From Acidilobaceae archaeon (GTDB taxonomy: Archaea; Thermoproteota; Thermoprotei_A; Sulfolobales; Acidilobaceae): 64,000 nt of DNA. The DNA is taken from positions 95,358 to 159,357 of the forward strand of contig JAWBBK010000001.1 in assembly GCA_038824665.1 (NCBI GenBank). Direction: 5' to 3'. This document shows, piece by piece, positions 10,891-20,545 of the stretch. Made by a program: the position numbers and the translations under genes. The stretch's first letter is position 1. Each line of letters starts with the position of its first letter. The notes below the pieces were generated by a model that had not been told where the DNA came from, did no database searches, and saw only the letters and a program-made list of their open reading frames with translations.

Positions 10891-12162
10891 CTAGCTCCTC
10901 AGTTCTTTCAAGAACTTGAGAGCTAGAGGAAGCACTTTGTAACCTCCTTCTATCAAGCCCAGACTTCCGTTTCGGAACGACTTTTCCTCAAATCTTCTCT
11001 TCTCTGGAAGGCTCGGGTGTGAAAACATGAGCGGCACGGGGTCGTCAGTGTGAGTCCTCCTATTCCAAGGTGTGGCGTGGTCTGAGGTAACTACAAACAG
11101 CACCTTTTCTCTATCTATAGCGTCTAAAACCCTTGAGAAAAACAAGCGGTCTATCTCTTCTACAGCTTTCACCTTTTCTTCGAAATCTCCATCATGACCT
11201 GGCTCATCAGGTCCCTTTAGATGTACGTAGATAGCGTCATATCTCTCTAGAGCCTCAAGAACTATTCTAGAACTTTCCTTCAAGAGTTCAGCTCTGTGAG
11301 ACACGAGAGGGAGTTCGAGAACGTCTATTCCAAAAGCCTTGAAGATCCCTATCTCTACAGGCATTTCAGCAACTCCAGCTATATTAATCCCGAACTTCTC
11401 TTTAGCTGAGGGAGCTTTGGGGAGACTGTCTCCAGCGTCTCTCACGAGCACAGCGTTTGCTGGAGGCAACCCTTTAGAGATCCTCTTGAGGTTGATTGGA
11501 TGACTCGAGAGTATCTTAGCGGCTCTTTCTAGAAACTCGTTAGCGAGTTCAGCAGCGAGTTTGGCTTCGGGACTATCGTCTAGCGGCTCTACTTTGGAGA
11601 TACGTAGCGATTGAGGCTTTACGGCTACACTAAGCTTGCCTACTCTCACGTAAGCTGGGTCGTTGTTCGTTACGTTTCCGCTCAGCTTCTTAGAGCTATG
11701 CTCTAAAACCAAGACTGCTCTGTGTCCAACAGTTGCTTTGAATCTAGCTATTGCAGTCTTCCCTCCTAACATCATTCCATCTAGAGCCTCAGCTAACGCT
11801 CTAGCTTCCTCTGTCGAAAGGCTTCTTCCAACCCTTCTGTCTTTGATCTCTCCGGTGTTCTCATCTATGGTGGCGAAGTTTGCTCTAAAAGCAACGGTTC
11901 CCTCTCTTACTTCTAACCCAGCTCCTAGAGCTTCAAGAGGTCCTCGACCTGTGTAATAGATTCTGGGGTCGTAGCCTAGCAGAGACATAACTGCAGCGTC
12001 GCTCTCAGGGGCTACTCCTTTTTCTACAACATACAGAAGCCCGCTGAGACAGCTTTCAGCGAGATAGTCGAGGTTTGGTTTATGAGCTTCTTCTAAAACC
12101 CTTCTTGAACTCTCTAAACCGTCTGGAGCTCCATCTAAGACTACATATAGAATCTTGACCAT
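10891..12162 (-). CDS. apgM: 2,3-bisphosphoglycerate-independent phosphoglycerate mutase (archaeal ApgM type)
   Basis: MVKILYVVLDGAPDG N-terminus and the GHDGD and TSDHATP motifs. The start was moved to the ATG at 12162 because the longer ORF runs into the tRNA-iMet gene. Confidence 0.85.
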   Translation of the reverse strand: MVKILYVVLDGAPDGLESSRRVLEEAHKPNLDYLAESCLSGLLYVVEKGVAPESDAAVMSLLGYDPRIYYTGRGPLEALGAGLEVREGTVAFRANFATIDENTGEIKDRRVGRSLSTEEARALAEALDGMMLGGKTAIARFKATVGHRAVLVLEHSSKKLSGNVTNNDPAYVRVGKLSVAVKPQSLRISKVEPLDDSPEAKLAAELANEFLERAAKILSSHPINLKRISKGLPPANAVLVRDAGDSLPKAPSAKEKFGINIAGVAEMPVEIGIFKAFGIDVLELPLVSHRAELLKESSRIVLEALERYDAIYVHLKGPDEPGHDGDFEEKVKAVEEIDRLFFSRVLDAIDREKVLFVVTSDHATPWNRRTHTDDPVPLMFSHPSLPEKRRFEEKSFRNGSLGLIEGGYKVLPLALKFLKELRS

Positions 12163-12223
12163 AGCGAACGTCCTCTGAGAAGAAGAAAGGCAACTCCTAA
12201 ATTGCTTGAGGTGTGGTAGCGGG

Positions 12224-12300
12224 GGGTGGATTTGAACCACCGACCTCGGGGTTATGAGCCCCGCGGGCTACCAGGCTGCCCTACCCCGCTGTTTCGCCCC
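12224..12300 (-). tRNA. Initiator tRNA-Met (CAU), CCA encoded
   Basis: The minus strand reads AGCGGGG-UA-GGGC-AGCCUGGUA-GCCC-G-CGGGG-CUCAUAA-CCCCG-AGGUC-GGUGG-UUCAAAU-CCACC-CCCCGCU-A-CCA. It folds as a full cloverleaf, with an A1:U72 pair and G:C pairs closing the anticodon stem, as expected for an archaeal initiator. Confidence 0.9.
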
Positions 12301-12499
12301 GCCAACACCGTTAGGATCTTAGAGGGATAGCTTTAAGCTTTGTTTATTTAATGAGGCGAAGCTTAAATTGAACGCTTGAATGACTAGGGGGATCAACCGC
12401 GTTCACGGGCTCCTCTACGGGAGTCTCGCGCGGCCGGAGGTTCTGTTAGCTATAATTTTTCTTAACGGTTATAGAGCTTTCCAAGAACTCAGCAGAACC

Positions 12500-12545
12500 C
12501 AAGCTGTTTGAATATACTTAAACAAGCTGTTTGAATATACTTAAA
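12500..12545 (+). repeat. Perfect tandem duplication, 2 x 23 bp (CAAGCTGTTTGAATATACTTAAA)
   Basis: Copies at 12500-12522 and 12523-12545 are identical. Each carries an A/T-rich TATA-like stretch. The second copy ends 29 nt before the subtilase start codon. Confidence 0.95.
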
Positions 12546-12574
12546 GATAAAAACTTACGAGCTAGACCGCGAGC

Positions 12575-15500
12575 TTGAGCGTAGAGGTGTCACTGTTGAG
12601 ACATCTATTTACAGTGTTTCTCATATTAGTGATCATTCTGTCTGTCTCTAGCCCCGCTACTGGAGCCTCTTTCTCTACTTCAGCGACTTCGAGATCCGAG
12701 ATAGTCTTTTCACAACCTCTCGTTAGAGCGTTTGGAGCGTTTGTGAGCCCTGTTCTTCTCGAAGAGAGCTATTGGACTCATGGAGCTTTGGTAGAAGAGG
12801 AAGAACTCCTTAGCGTGAACTTAAGAGACCTTCTAGAAGATGGAGTTTTCAATATAATCAACGAGAGAGAAGCGCTCGGGAGAGTTCTGATACTTCTAGA
12901 CAAGAACGCTCGAGTTGAGGTACTGAAAGGAAAAGTGAAAGGGCTCTTTGGAGTCTATCCTACTCACATAGGCTATCTTGCATATGCTCTAATAACTAAA
13001 AACGATATCGATGTGCTTTCAAGGACTCCAGGAATTCTAGCCATACTGCCTGACGTGAGGATAGACGCAGCGATAAACGCACAGCTCAGAGCTTTGACTA
13101 CGTTCAACGAAGAGCTTCAGGTTGAGCTTCAACAAACATCGATAGGAAGCAGTGGAGCTTACCATTATACTGTAGAGATCACAGGAGCTCAGAGAGTTTG
13201 GGAAGAGCTAGGTATTAGAGGTGAAGAGGTCACAATAGCTATCATCGATACTGGTGTGGACTACGGCTCTCCTGCTCTCGGCTTAAAGGCTATAGCTAGA
13301 GCTGAGACAGGTCTACCGTTGATCTTTGATAGTAGTAGCCTAGGACTAGTTTTAACCCCGGCATCTGCAACTCCAACCCAAGCGGGAGCGGTCTCAATAG
13401 ACTTCAGCAATCTCTATGTATTCATACCTCCTTACTACGTAGTCAACTGGAACGAGTCCAAACTCTTCGTAGGGATAAGTGGTTGTGCTTCAAGAAACCT
13501 ATTCATCGTGGCTCCAACAATCTGGACCACAGGAACCATAGAGATAGCCTCCGCTAAGTTCGGGCTTCTGTTTCAGGTGATTTCAGCTACAGTAGGAGGA
13601 AGGTCTTCGACAATACGATACACGGTTCCAGTGCTCGTCGTAGATAGCGATGGAGATAGCCTTTATGATTCTATCTACGTAGACACCACTACAGCTCTCT
13701 TCTTGCTCCGTTCAGTTCTCGGGTTCTGTGGAGTCACCATACCCGGAGCTCCAGCATCTCCTGACTTTTCGTTTGCCGACGAGGTTAAGATAACCTATGG
13801 AAACGAGGTAATAGCTAGAGACCTCAATGGAGACGGTTTGAACGACTACTCTGTAGGAACTCTAGCCGGGTTCGTTTATGATGCAGCTTTCGCTATAATC
13901 CTAGAAAAGATCGGGGTCTGGAAAGAACTGATACCATCGCGATCCTTTGGAGAGGGATATAGGACTGTGGGACAGCTTGAGCTATGGAGCGGAGAGCCCG
14001 TCGCTCTAGTTTGGCCCGGTCTCGATCCTTATGGAGATTACGTTGTGATAGCTTACGACTATCACAGTCACGGTACGTTCTGCGCTACTACGGCTGCAGG
14101 TAGGGACTACTATGCTCAGACGGGCTATGGTGTAAGGAGCATAGTTGGCCAGGCTCCTGCGGCTAGAGTAGCTGCTGCTCCAGCTCTCTACATGGGTACA
14201 GTGTTGACATCGATCTACTTCTTCTCGGGCTTCGACCTAGAGACCCCCTATGGAACAGGGTCTAGGTATCTGTGGCCGATCCTATCAACTAATCCTTGGA
14301 TAGCCTTTGATGGTTTCACGTGGAGATGGAGCTATACGGGAAGACCTCTAGTAGACATCACTAGCAACTCTTACGGTATAAGTGGATGGGCTCTTTGGGG
14401 ATGGGCTTCAGGAATGGATCCCGTCAGCTTAGTCTTCGACTATACCACCTTAACTTCGAAAGTGGCGCATTTCGTTGCTGTAGGCAACGGAGGACCTGGT
14501 TGGGGCACTATAGCGTCTCCAGCGGCTTCCTCTTTCTCTATAGGAGTAGGAGCAGCGACAGAGTTCACATACAGACCTCTATATGGCTATGCGTGGCCAG
14601 GCTCTAGCAGACAAGTGGTGAGCTGGAGCAACAGAGGGCCTACAGAACTCGGAGTAGTGAAACCCGATGTCATAGCTGTTGGCTCTTTTGCTTGGGCTGT
14701 CGGCAGGACTTGGGATGCTCTAGCAAGCATGACGCTAGACGGCAGGAGAGTACATAATCTCTTTAGCGGAACGAGTCAAGCTACTCCTATGGCTGCCGGT
14801 GTTGGAGCTCTCGTAGTATCAGCATATAAAGCCGCTACTGGAAAGACGTTACCCGCTCACATACTGAAAACCGTTTTGATGAACACAGCTAGAGACGTTG
14901 GCTTCAACGAACTCTCTCAAGGAGCAGGTTTCGTGAATGCATACGATGCGGTAAAGGCCGTTAGGAACCCTGTCTATCCGAAAGTGTACTCTACAAGCTT
15001 TGTTGAAGACGTTCTGAAAGAGGTCGGAACTTCTCTTGAAGTCTTCGCGTATACCGAGAGGTCTAGAACTCTCTGGTTTGAACCCAAGATATTCATACCT
15101 GAGATCAGATCTGGAGGCACGGCTTTGAGATATCTCATAATAGAGGGTAGAGGCACTTTCACTATAACTCCTCTGAGACTCGTAGAGAAAGGGTCTTTCG
15201 GTCTTTGCGATATCGTGAAGAACGTCATTGAACCTGGAGTTATAACTAGGTGTTCTGGCGAAGACCTCATGTTGAGAGTTACAGCAGCTACAACGTCAGG
15301 ACATCTAGTCATAGACCTCGAGAAGCTTAAGGGCTTTGACTACTTCGAGATCCAGCTCGTCTATCCGTATCAACTCTTCGAAAGAGGCGGTAGGACTGGA
15401 GGCTTCTCACAACAGATCGGTAGCTCGACCATCGAACTTGCTTACTGGATAGACGTAGGTGCTGACGGAGTCTTTTCCTGGCTCGAAACGGCTAGGATCA

Positions 15501-16780
15501 TGTACGACATAAGAGGAGCTAACGCTTTAAGAATACAGATCGGAGACCTTGAAGCTCAGCTGAGAGAGATCGAAGAACTTGTAACCAAGTATATGGGAGT
15601 AGACGTTAGCAAACTACCTAAACATCTCGTAGTAAGGATAGGAGTCTCCGGCGCAACTTATAGAGGAGACCTCCCCATGAAGGTCAGAGTAGTGGGCTAT
15701 TCTTACGAGAGATGGAGTAACGTTCAGACTCCTGCTAAAGTTATCTCACAAACGAGAACACCTGTAGCCATAGTAGTGAGAGGGCCAGAGGTACCTGGCT
15801 TCTACAGCGGTTACCTCTTAGTTGAGGACTCCAGACAGAACTTCAAAGCTCTCATACCCATTTCGTTCTTTGTTCCCATAGAGCTCAGAGAAGCTGCTTC
15901 TCTCATAACAGTATCGCCAGCAAAAGAGACCACGCTCTACAAGAACTACGCTTTGAGAGGAGCGTTCGACTACGGTTGGAGATACGAGTCAGGAGATTGG
16001 AGAGTGTTCAAAGTTAGAGTCAGTAGCGTTCTGAGAGACGCTTGGGCTATGGTGACGAGCGTCAGATGGCCTACTCACGGAAACCTTGCGTTTGCTAGCA
16101 ACGTAGACGTTCATGTCTACGGTCCTTACACTTACTACATGGTCGACAACGGAACTCGAACAGTCACCACCGTATCGGTGAACGGCGTTCAGCTAGCGGC
16201 TGAACTCACAATAGATCCCTCTTTGAGTGCAGGCCAGAATCCCAGAAGGTTCTGGGATAGCGTAGAACCTGGACGTTCTGTAGTGATAGCTCCTATCTCA
16301 AGAGGAGAGATTTATAGAGTGGTGCTCAGGAACATTCAGTTCTCAGGGCTAAGCTATGAGGAGGAGATATCATTAGAATTTTCGGTCTTGACGGCTAGAG
16401 CTTTGGTTAGAAGCATAGGTTCAAACGTGTTTGAAGCCATTATAACTATAAGGGGTATCCCAGAGGGTCTTCCGCTCTCTATCACATGGTCTAAAGAGGC
16501 TATGATTAGACCTACAGGATCGACAGCGATCCTTTATGACGACGGCTCTATCGTTAAGACATCAGTGATCAGCTTCAACATATCGGGAAGCACTGCAAGA
16601 GCTGTGGTGAGGACGCTCTTAACTGAGAGCGCTCCCAAAGGAGTCTACATGGTTCCCATGCTTTTCAGAACGCCATTCCCAGTGACCACAGTAGGTTACT
16701 ATCTAGAGACCAGAGCCGAGCCAGTAGAGCACTTTGGCTGGAAGTACGTACCCTACACCATAGTCTTTGAGTTCAAGTAA
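12575..16780 (+). CDS. Secreted subtilisin-family (S8) serine protease, 1401 aa
   Basis: N-terminal signal peptide. Catalytic residues are D225 (IIDTGVDYG), H499 (HSHGTFCATTAAG), N598 (SNSYG) and S734 (SGTSQATPMAAG), followed by a C-terminal extension of about 665 aa. Confidence 0.9.
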   Translation: MSVEVSLLRHLFTVFLILVIILSVSSPATGASFSTSATSRSEIVFSQPLVRAFGAFVSPVLLEESYWTHGALVEEEELLSVNLRDLLEDGVFNIINEREALGRVLILLDKNARVEVLKGKVKGLFGVYPTHIGYLAYALITKNDIDVLSRTPGILAILPDVRIDAAINAQLRALTTFNEELQVELQQTSIGSSGAYHYTVEITGAQRVWEELGIRGEEVTIAIIDTGVDYGSPALGLKAIARAETGLPLIFDSSSLGLVLTPASATPTQAGAVSIDFSNLYVFIPPYYVVNWNESKLFVGISGCASRNLFIVAPTIWTTGTIEIASAKFGLLFQVISATVGGRSSTIRYTVPVLVVDSDGDSLYDSIYVDTTTALFLLRSVLGFCGVTIPGAPASPDFSFADEVKITYGNEVIARDLNGDGLNDYSVGTLAGFVYDAAFAIILEKIGVWKELIPSRSFGEGYRTVGQLELWSGEPVALVWPGLDPYGDYVVIAYDYHSHGTFCATTAAGRDYYAQTGYGVRSIVGQAPAARVAAAPALYMGTVLTSIYFFSGFDLETPYGTGSRYLWPILSTNPWIAFDGFTWRWSYTGRPLVDITSNSYGISGWALWGWASGMDPVSLVFDYTTLTSKVAHFVAVGNGGPGWGTIASPAASSFSIGVGAATEFTYRPLYGYAWPGSSRQVVSWSNRGPTELGVVKPDVIAVGSFAWAVGRTWDALASMTLDGRRVHNLFSGTSQATPMAAGVGALVVSAYKAATGKTLPAHILKTVLMNTARDVGFNELSQGAGFVNAYDAVKAVRNPVYPKVYSTSFVEDVLKEVGTSLEVFAYTERSRTLWFEPKIFIPEIRSGGTALRYLIIEGRGTFTITPLRLVEKGSFGLCDIVKNVIEPGVITRCSGEDLMLRVTAATTSGHLVIDLEKLKGFDYFEIQLVYPYQLFERGGRTGGFSQQIGSSTIELAYWIDVGADGVFSWLETARIMYDIRGANALRIQIGDLEAQLREIEELVTKYMGVDVSKLPKHLVVRIGVSGATYRGDLPMKVRVVGYSYERWSNVQTPAKVISQTRTPVAIVVRGPEVPGFYSGYLLVEDSRQNFKALIPISFFVPIELREAASLITVSPAKETTLYKNYALRGAFDYGWRYESGDWRVFKVRVSSVLRDAWAMVTSVRWPTHGNLAFASNVDVHVYGPYTYYMVDNGTRTVTTVSVNGVQLAAELTIDPSLSAGQNPRRFWDSVEPGRSVVIAPISRGEIYRVVLRNIQFSGLSYEEEISLEFSVLTARALVRSIGSNVFEAIITIRGIPEGLPLSITWSKEAMIRPTGSTAILYDDGSIVKTSVISFNISGSTARAVVRTLLTESAPKGVYMVPMLFRTPFPVTTVGYYLETRAEPVEHFGWKYVPYTIVFEFK

Positions 16781-17096
16781 CGTCCTCAGACGTTCTCTTT
16801 TTTCTCTTTAAACACTTTCTTTCTCTCCTCTTCATTTTTCTACTAGCTTCAAGAGACTCTATCGAGATTTCCTCTTCCTCAAGCTCGTTCGAGTCGCTCT
16901 CAAGAGAAGAACTCATATTCTTTTTGACCTCAAGGACTTCAAGCTCTTTGAAGACCATGAACTTCACTCTCTATGAGTCCTCTAGACTATGCGCTCTAAG
17001 AGTTACAGGCTTTGAACGGTTTTATCTCGTAGACACTGAGTTCAATGAACTCGCTAGTCTTTTAGGCCGTCTCTCTTACTCTCTTCCGGTGTCTAC

Positions 17097-19919
17097 TTGT
17101 CTAGCAGAAGACTGGAGGATGGTTCAGTGAGAAGAGGGAAGCATACTTTAGACTCATATCTTCAAGCAGGCGATAACGATAAGCTGAAGCTTCAAACAGG
17201 TTTAAGAGGAGAAACAGAAGAAGCCAAAAAGTCAGAGGACCCCCACAGCGTAGCTGGTCTCTTGGAGTCGATCAGAGAAGAACTTTCAGGTTCGGGAAGG
17301 AAGCTCGAGATTAAAAAGCCTCAGCGACAAGATGTGAGCACAAAAGAGAAGAAGACTTTAAGAGAGCCCTACAACTTAGTTAAAGAGGCTTCAGGTTACG
17401 TTCTCGATATTAGGTACGATGGGAGACTTGGAAAGGCGATCTTGCTAATACTAACTGACAGCGGAGAACTCGTGAGATGGGTGGATAGAACAGACCATAA
17501 ACCATACTTTCTCACGGATGCCTCTCCTGAAGAGCTGGCCTCTATAGGCTTAGACTCAGAGACCAACTCTTTAGTCTCACAGTTCGACTTAGTTTCCAAG
17601 TTCCACCCTATAAGAAGAGAGACTGTGAAGCTGACCAAAGTCATAGTTAGAGACCCTTTGGCTGTGAGAAAGCTAAGAGAGAAGGTGAAAAACAAAAGGT
17701 TTCAGGTATGGGAGGCAGATATAAGGTATCACAACAACTACGTTTTTGACAATCTCATCGTACCTGGAGCCAGACATAATGCTGGAAAGACTGTAGCTCG
17801 AGTTCAGGCTTTCAGAGAGCTAGCGTCTAGAGCCACAGTCTTGGAGAAGGCAAAGAGATACCTCAGCAACGCTAGAATAAGTGCAGACCCTCAGCTCGTT
17901 GAAGAGTGGATTTCCATGTTTCTCGAAGAGCCTCCTAACGTCCTTAGAGTAGCTTTAGACGTTGAAGTTTACGCTCCTGCAGAAGGGAGAGTCCCTGATC
18001 CTAACCGAGCGCTCTACCCTGTGATCAGCGTAGCTCTTGCCGATAGCGAAGGGAGGAGAAAAGTGCTCCTTCTTTACAGAGAGGGAGCTACTTTTGAAGG
18101 AGCGCTACCGAAAGACGCTATAGTTGAGGTCTACGATAGCGAAAAAGCTCTCATACTTGCGTTGTTCGAAGAACTTGAGAGATATCCGGTGATATTAACT
18201 TATAATGGGGATAACTTCGATCTCGTGTATCTCTACAACAGACTCTTGATGCTTGGAATAGAGCCCAACTCTATCCCCTTAGAGTTTCACGAAGATAAAG
18301 TGACATTCAGACACGCAATTCACATCGACCTCCACAAACTCTTCAACATAAAGGCTCTCAAGAGCTATGCTTTCGGCAACAGGTACAGAGAGCAGACGCT
18401 TGACGCTATAGCTGAAGCTCTTCTAGGCGAGTCTAAAGTCAAACTGGAAGACCTGATCTCTAAAGTGTCTTTAGACAAGTTGGTCGAGTACAACCTCAGA
18501 GACGCAGAGCTGACTCTAAAGCTGACCACATATAGTTCGAACCTCGTTTGGAACTTAATCATACTTTTAGCTCGTATCACTAAGCTTGGATTAGAAGACC
18601 TTACGAGACATCAGGTGTCTACTTGGATAAGAAGTCTGATGAACTGGGAGCACAGAAAGAGAGGGTGGTTGATCCCAGAGAAAAGCGAGATAGCGGGCTT
18701 CAGTGAGGCTCGAAGCAAAGCTATAATAAAAGAGAAGAAATACAGAGGAGCGATAGTCTTAGAGCCTCCTGCAGGAGCCTTCTTCAACGTTTTGGTCTTA
18801 GACTTCGCAAGCCTATATCCCTCGATCATCAGGAACTGGAACCTGAGCTACGAGACCGTCAATAACCCTTACTGTAAAAAGTACAGAGAGGTCCCCGAGG
18901 TAGAACATAAAGTCTGTATAGACTTCACAGGGATCACGAGCGAACTTGTTGGCTTAATGAGAGACCTAAGAGTTCATTTGTTCAAGAAGTTAAGCAAAGA
19001 CTCAGAACTCTCGCCAGAGCAAAGAGCATGGTATGACGTAGTTCAAGCTGCTCTAAAAGTTCTGATCAACGCCAGCTATGGAGTCTTTGGTAATGAGCAG
19101 TTCCCGTTCTTCAGTTTGAGCTTAGCTGAAAGCGTTACGGCCATTGGTAGAACAGTGATGCTCGATACGCTCAGAAAAGCTGAGGAACTTGGACTAATAA
19201 TCCTTTACGGAGACACAGACAGCCTCTTTCTGTGGACTTCAGACATGAACTCTCTAAAGAAGCTTGTCTCTTACGTTGAAGAGAAATACGGATTAGACCT
19301 AGAGGTGGATAAGTTCTTCAAGCTAGTTCTTTTCAGCGGCTTGAAGAAGAACTATATTGGAGTAGCGGAAAATAGAGAGGTCGTGATAAAAGGAATGGTC
19401 GTTAAGAAGAGCAACACTCCTGAGTTCATAAAGAAAGAGTTTGCTGAAGTTGTAGAGATCTTGAAGAGCGTAGACAATACAGAGTCTTTAGTTAAAGCTG
19501 TAGATTTGATATCTGAAAAGGTCAAAGAAATATATAAGAGAATAAAGAACAAAGGTTACACTTTAGATGAGTTAGCTATAAAGGTGATGCTTACAAAAGA
19601 CCTAGACGAGTACAAGAAGACTACACCTCAACACGTCAAAGCTGCAAAGTTGTTGTTGCTTGAGAACTTGAACGTTTCGAGAGGAGACATAATCTCCTTC
19701 GTGAAGACTAGAGACTCTATTGGTGTAAAGCCTGTTCAGCTAGCTAAACTTAGCGATATAGATCCCAGCAAGTATATAGAACACGCCAAGACAGCTTTGG
19801 AGCAGGTGCTCTTATCGCTAGGGCTGACGTGGGAGGAGATCATAGGGTATAAGAGCTTAAGTAAACTCCTAGCAGAGAATAAAATGGATGAAGACCGACT
19901 CCGGAATGAGGCCTCTTAG
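17097..19919 (+). CDS. polB: Family B DNA polymerase
   Basis: Exo motifs DVEVY, NGDNFDLVYL and YNLRDAELT; polymerase motifs DFASLYPSII, KVLINASYG and YGDTDS. The start codon is uncertain, with no ATG in the first ~275 codons. Confidence 0.9.
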   Translation: MSSRRLEDGSVRRGKHTLDSYLQAGDNDKLKLQTGLRGETEEAKKSEDPHSVAGLLESIREELSGSGRKLEIKKPQRQDVSTKEKKTLREPYNLVKEASGYVLDIRYDGRLGKAILLILTDSGELVRWVDRTDHKPYFLTDASPEELASIGLDSETNSLVSQFDLVSKFHPIRRETVKLTKVIVRDPLAVRKLREKVKNKRFQVWEADIRYHNNYVFDNLIVPGARHNAGKTVARVQAFRELASRATVLEKAKRYLSNARISADPQLVEEWISMFLEEPPNVLRVALDVEVYAPAEGRVPDPNRALYPVISVALADSEGRRKVLLLYREGATFEGALPKDAIVEVYDSEKALILALFEELERYPVILTYNGDNFDLVYLYNRLLMLGIEPNSIPLEFHEDKVTFRHAIHIDLHKLFNIKALKSYAFGNRYREQTLDAIAEALLGESKVKLEDLISKVSLDKLVEYNLRDAELTLKLTTYSSNLVWNLIILLARITKLGLEDLTRHQVSTWIRSLMNWEHRKRGWLIPEKSEIAGFSEARSKAIIKEKKYRGAIVLEPPAGAFFNVLVLDFASLYPSIIRNWNLSYETVNNPYCKKYREVPEVEHKVCIDFTGITSELVGLMRDLRVHLFKKLSKDSELSPEQRAWYDVVQAALKVLINASYGVFGNEQFPFFSLSLAESVTAIGRTVMLDTLRKAEELGLIILYGDTDSLFLWTSDMNSLKKLVSYVEEKYGLDLEVDKFFKLVLFSGLKKNYIGVAENREVVIKGMVVKKSNTPEFIKKEFAEVVEILKSVDNTESLVKAVDLISEKVKEIYKRIKNKGYTLDELAIKVMLTKDLDEYKKTTPQHVKAAKLLLLENLNVSRGDIISFVKTRDSIGVKPVQLAKLSDIDPSKYIEHAKTALEQVLLSLGLTWEEIIGYKSLSKLLAENKMDEDRLRNEAS

Positions 19920-19921
19920 GC

Positions 19922-20536
19922 CTATGAAGAACCGTGTGAGGGCTGACGTAGCGTCCAGAGGCTTTTGAGCTTTCTCGCTAGAGCTCTGAAAGCTTTTCCT
20001 CTATGTGAGATCGCGTTCTTTTCTTCAAGACTCATCTCAGCAAAGGTCTTGGAGTGGTTTTCTGGAACGAATATAGGATCGAAGCCAAAACCTCCAACAC
20101 CTCTTGGTTCTTTAGTTATCTCTCCACACACTTCTCCATGCACAATTATTTCAAGCGGCGGAACTACAGCGGCTACCACGGTTTTAAAACAGGCTTTCCT
20201 CATAACTTCCCCTTCAAGGAGCTTCAGAATACCGCTTATCCCTATGGTTTTGTAAATATAGTTGCTGTAGACGCCTGGAAATCCATTAAGAGCTTCTATG
20301 AAGAGTCCTGAGTCGTCTACCGCTAGAGGCACTCTATGCTTGATATAGGCTATTCTGACAGCTTTGAGCGCTATCTCTTCTAGAGAAGAGCTTTGAACTT
20401 CAAGCTTGTTGTCTATGATCAAATCAGCTTCAACTCCTTCCTCTTTTAAGACAGTCACGGCTTCTGTTCCTTTATGGAGGTTTGAGGTTACTATGTAGAT
20501 TTTGGGATTTCTAGACAAGACGAAGACCTCCTTCAA
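19922..20536 (-). CDS. Non-canonical purine NTP pyrophosphatase (HAM1/RdgB/ITPase)
   Basis: IYIVTSNLHKGTE, GFPGVYS, FGFDPIF and SHRGKA motifs. Confidence 0.88.
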   Translation of the reverse strand: MKEVFVLSRNPKIYIVTSNLHKGTEAVTVLKEEGVEADLIIDNKLEVQSSSLEEIALKAVRIAYIKHRVPLAVDDSGLFIEALNGFPGVYSNYIYKTIGISGILKLLEGEVMRKACFKTVVAAVVPPLEIIVHGEVCGEITKEPRGVGGFGFDPIFVPENHSKTFAEMSLEEKNAISHRGKAFRALARKLKSLWTLRQPSHGSS

Positions 20537-20545
20537 ATAAAGCCT

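Noticed and set aside
12163-12240. 26-codon N-terminal extension of the apgM ORF (MVQIHPPLPHLKQ...)
   Set aside because: It overlaps the 3' end of the initiator tRNA gene in antisense. The conserved ApgM N-terminus MVKILYVVLDG begins at the internal ATG 12162.
12390-12398. GGTTGATCC on the minus strand, resembling the conserved 5' end of archaeal 16S rRNA
   Set aside because: The match is only 9 nt and no further rRNA-like sequence surrounds it, so it is most likely chance.
16773-16967. 64-aa acidic-then-basic ORF divergent from polB
   Set aside because: It has no motif and lies in the T-rich terminator/promoter spacer, so the evidence is too weak to call a gene.
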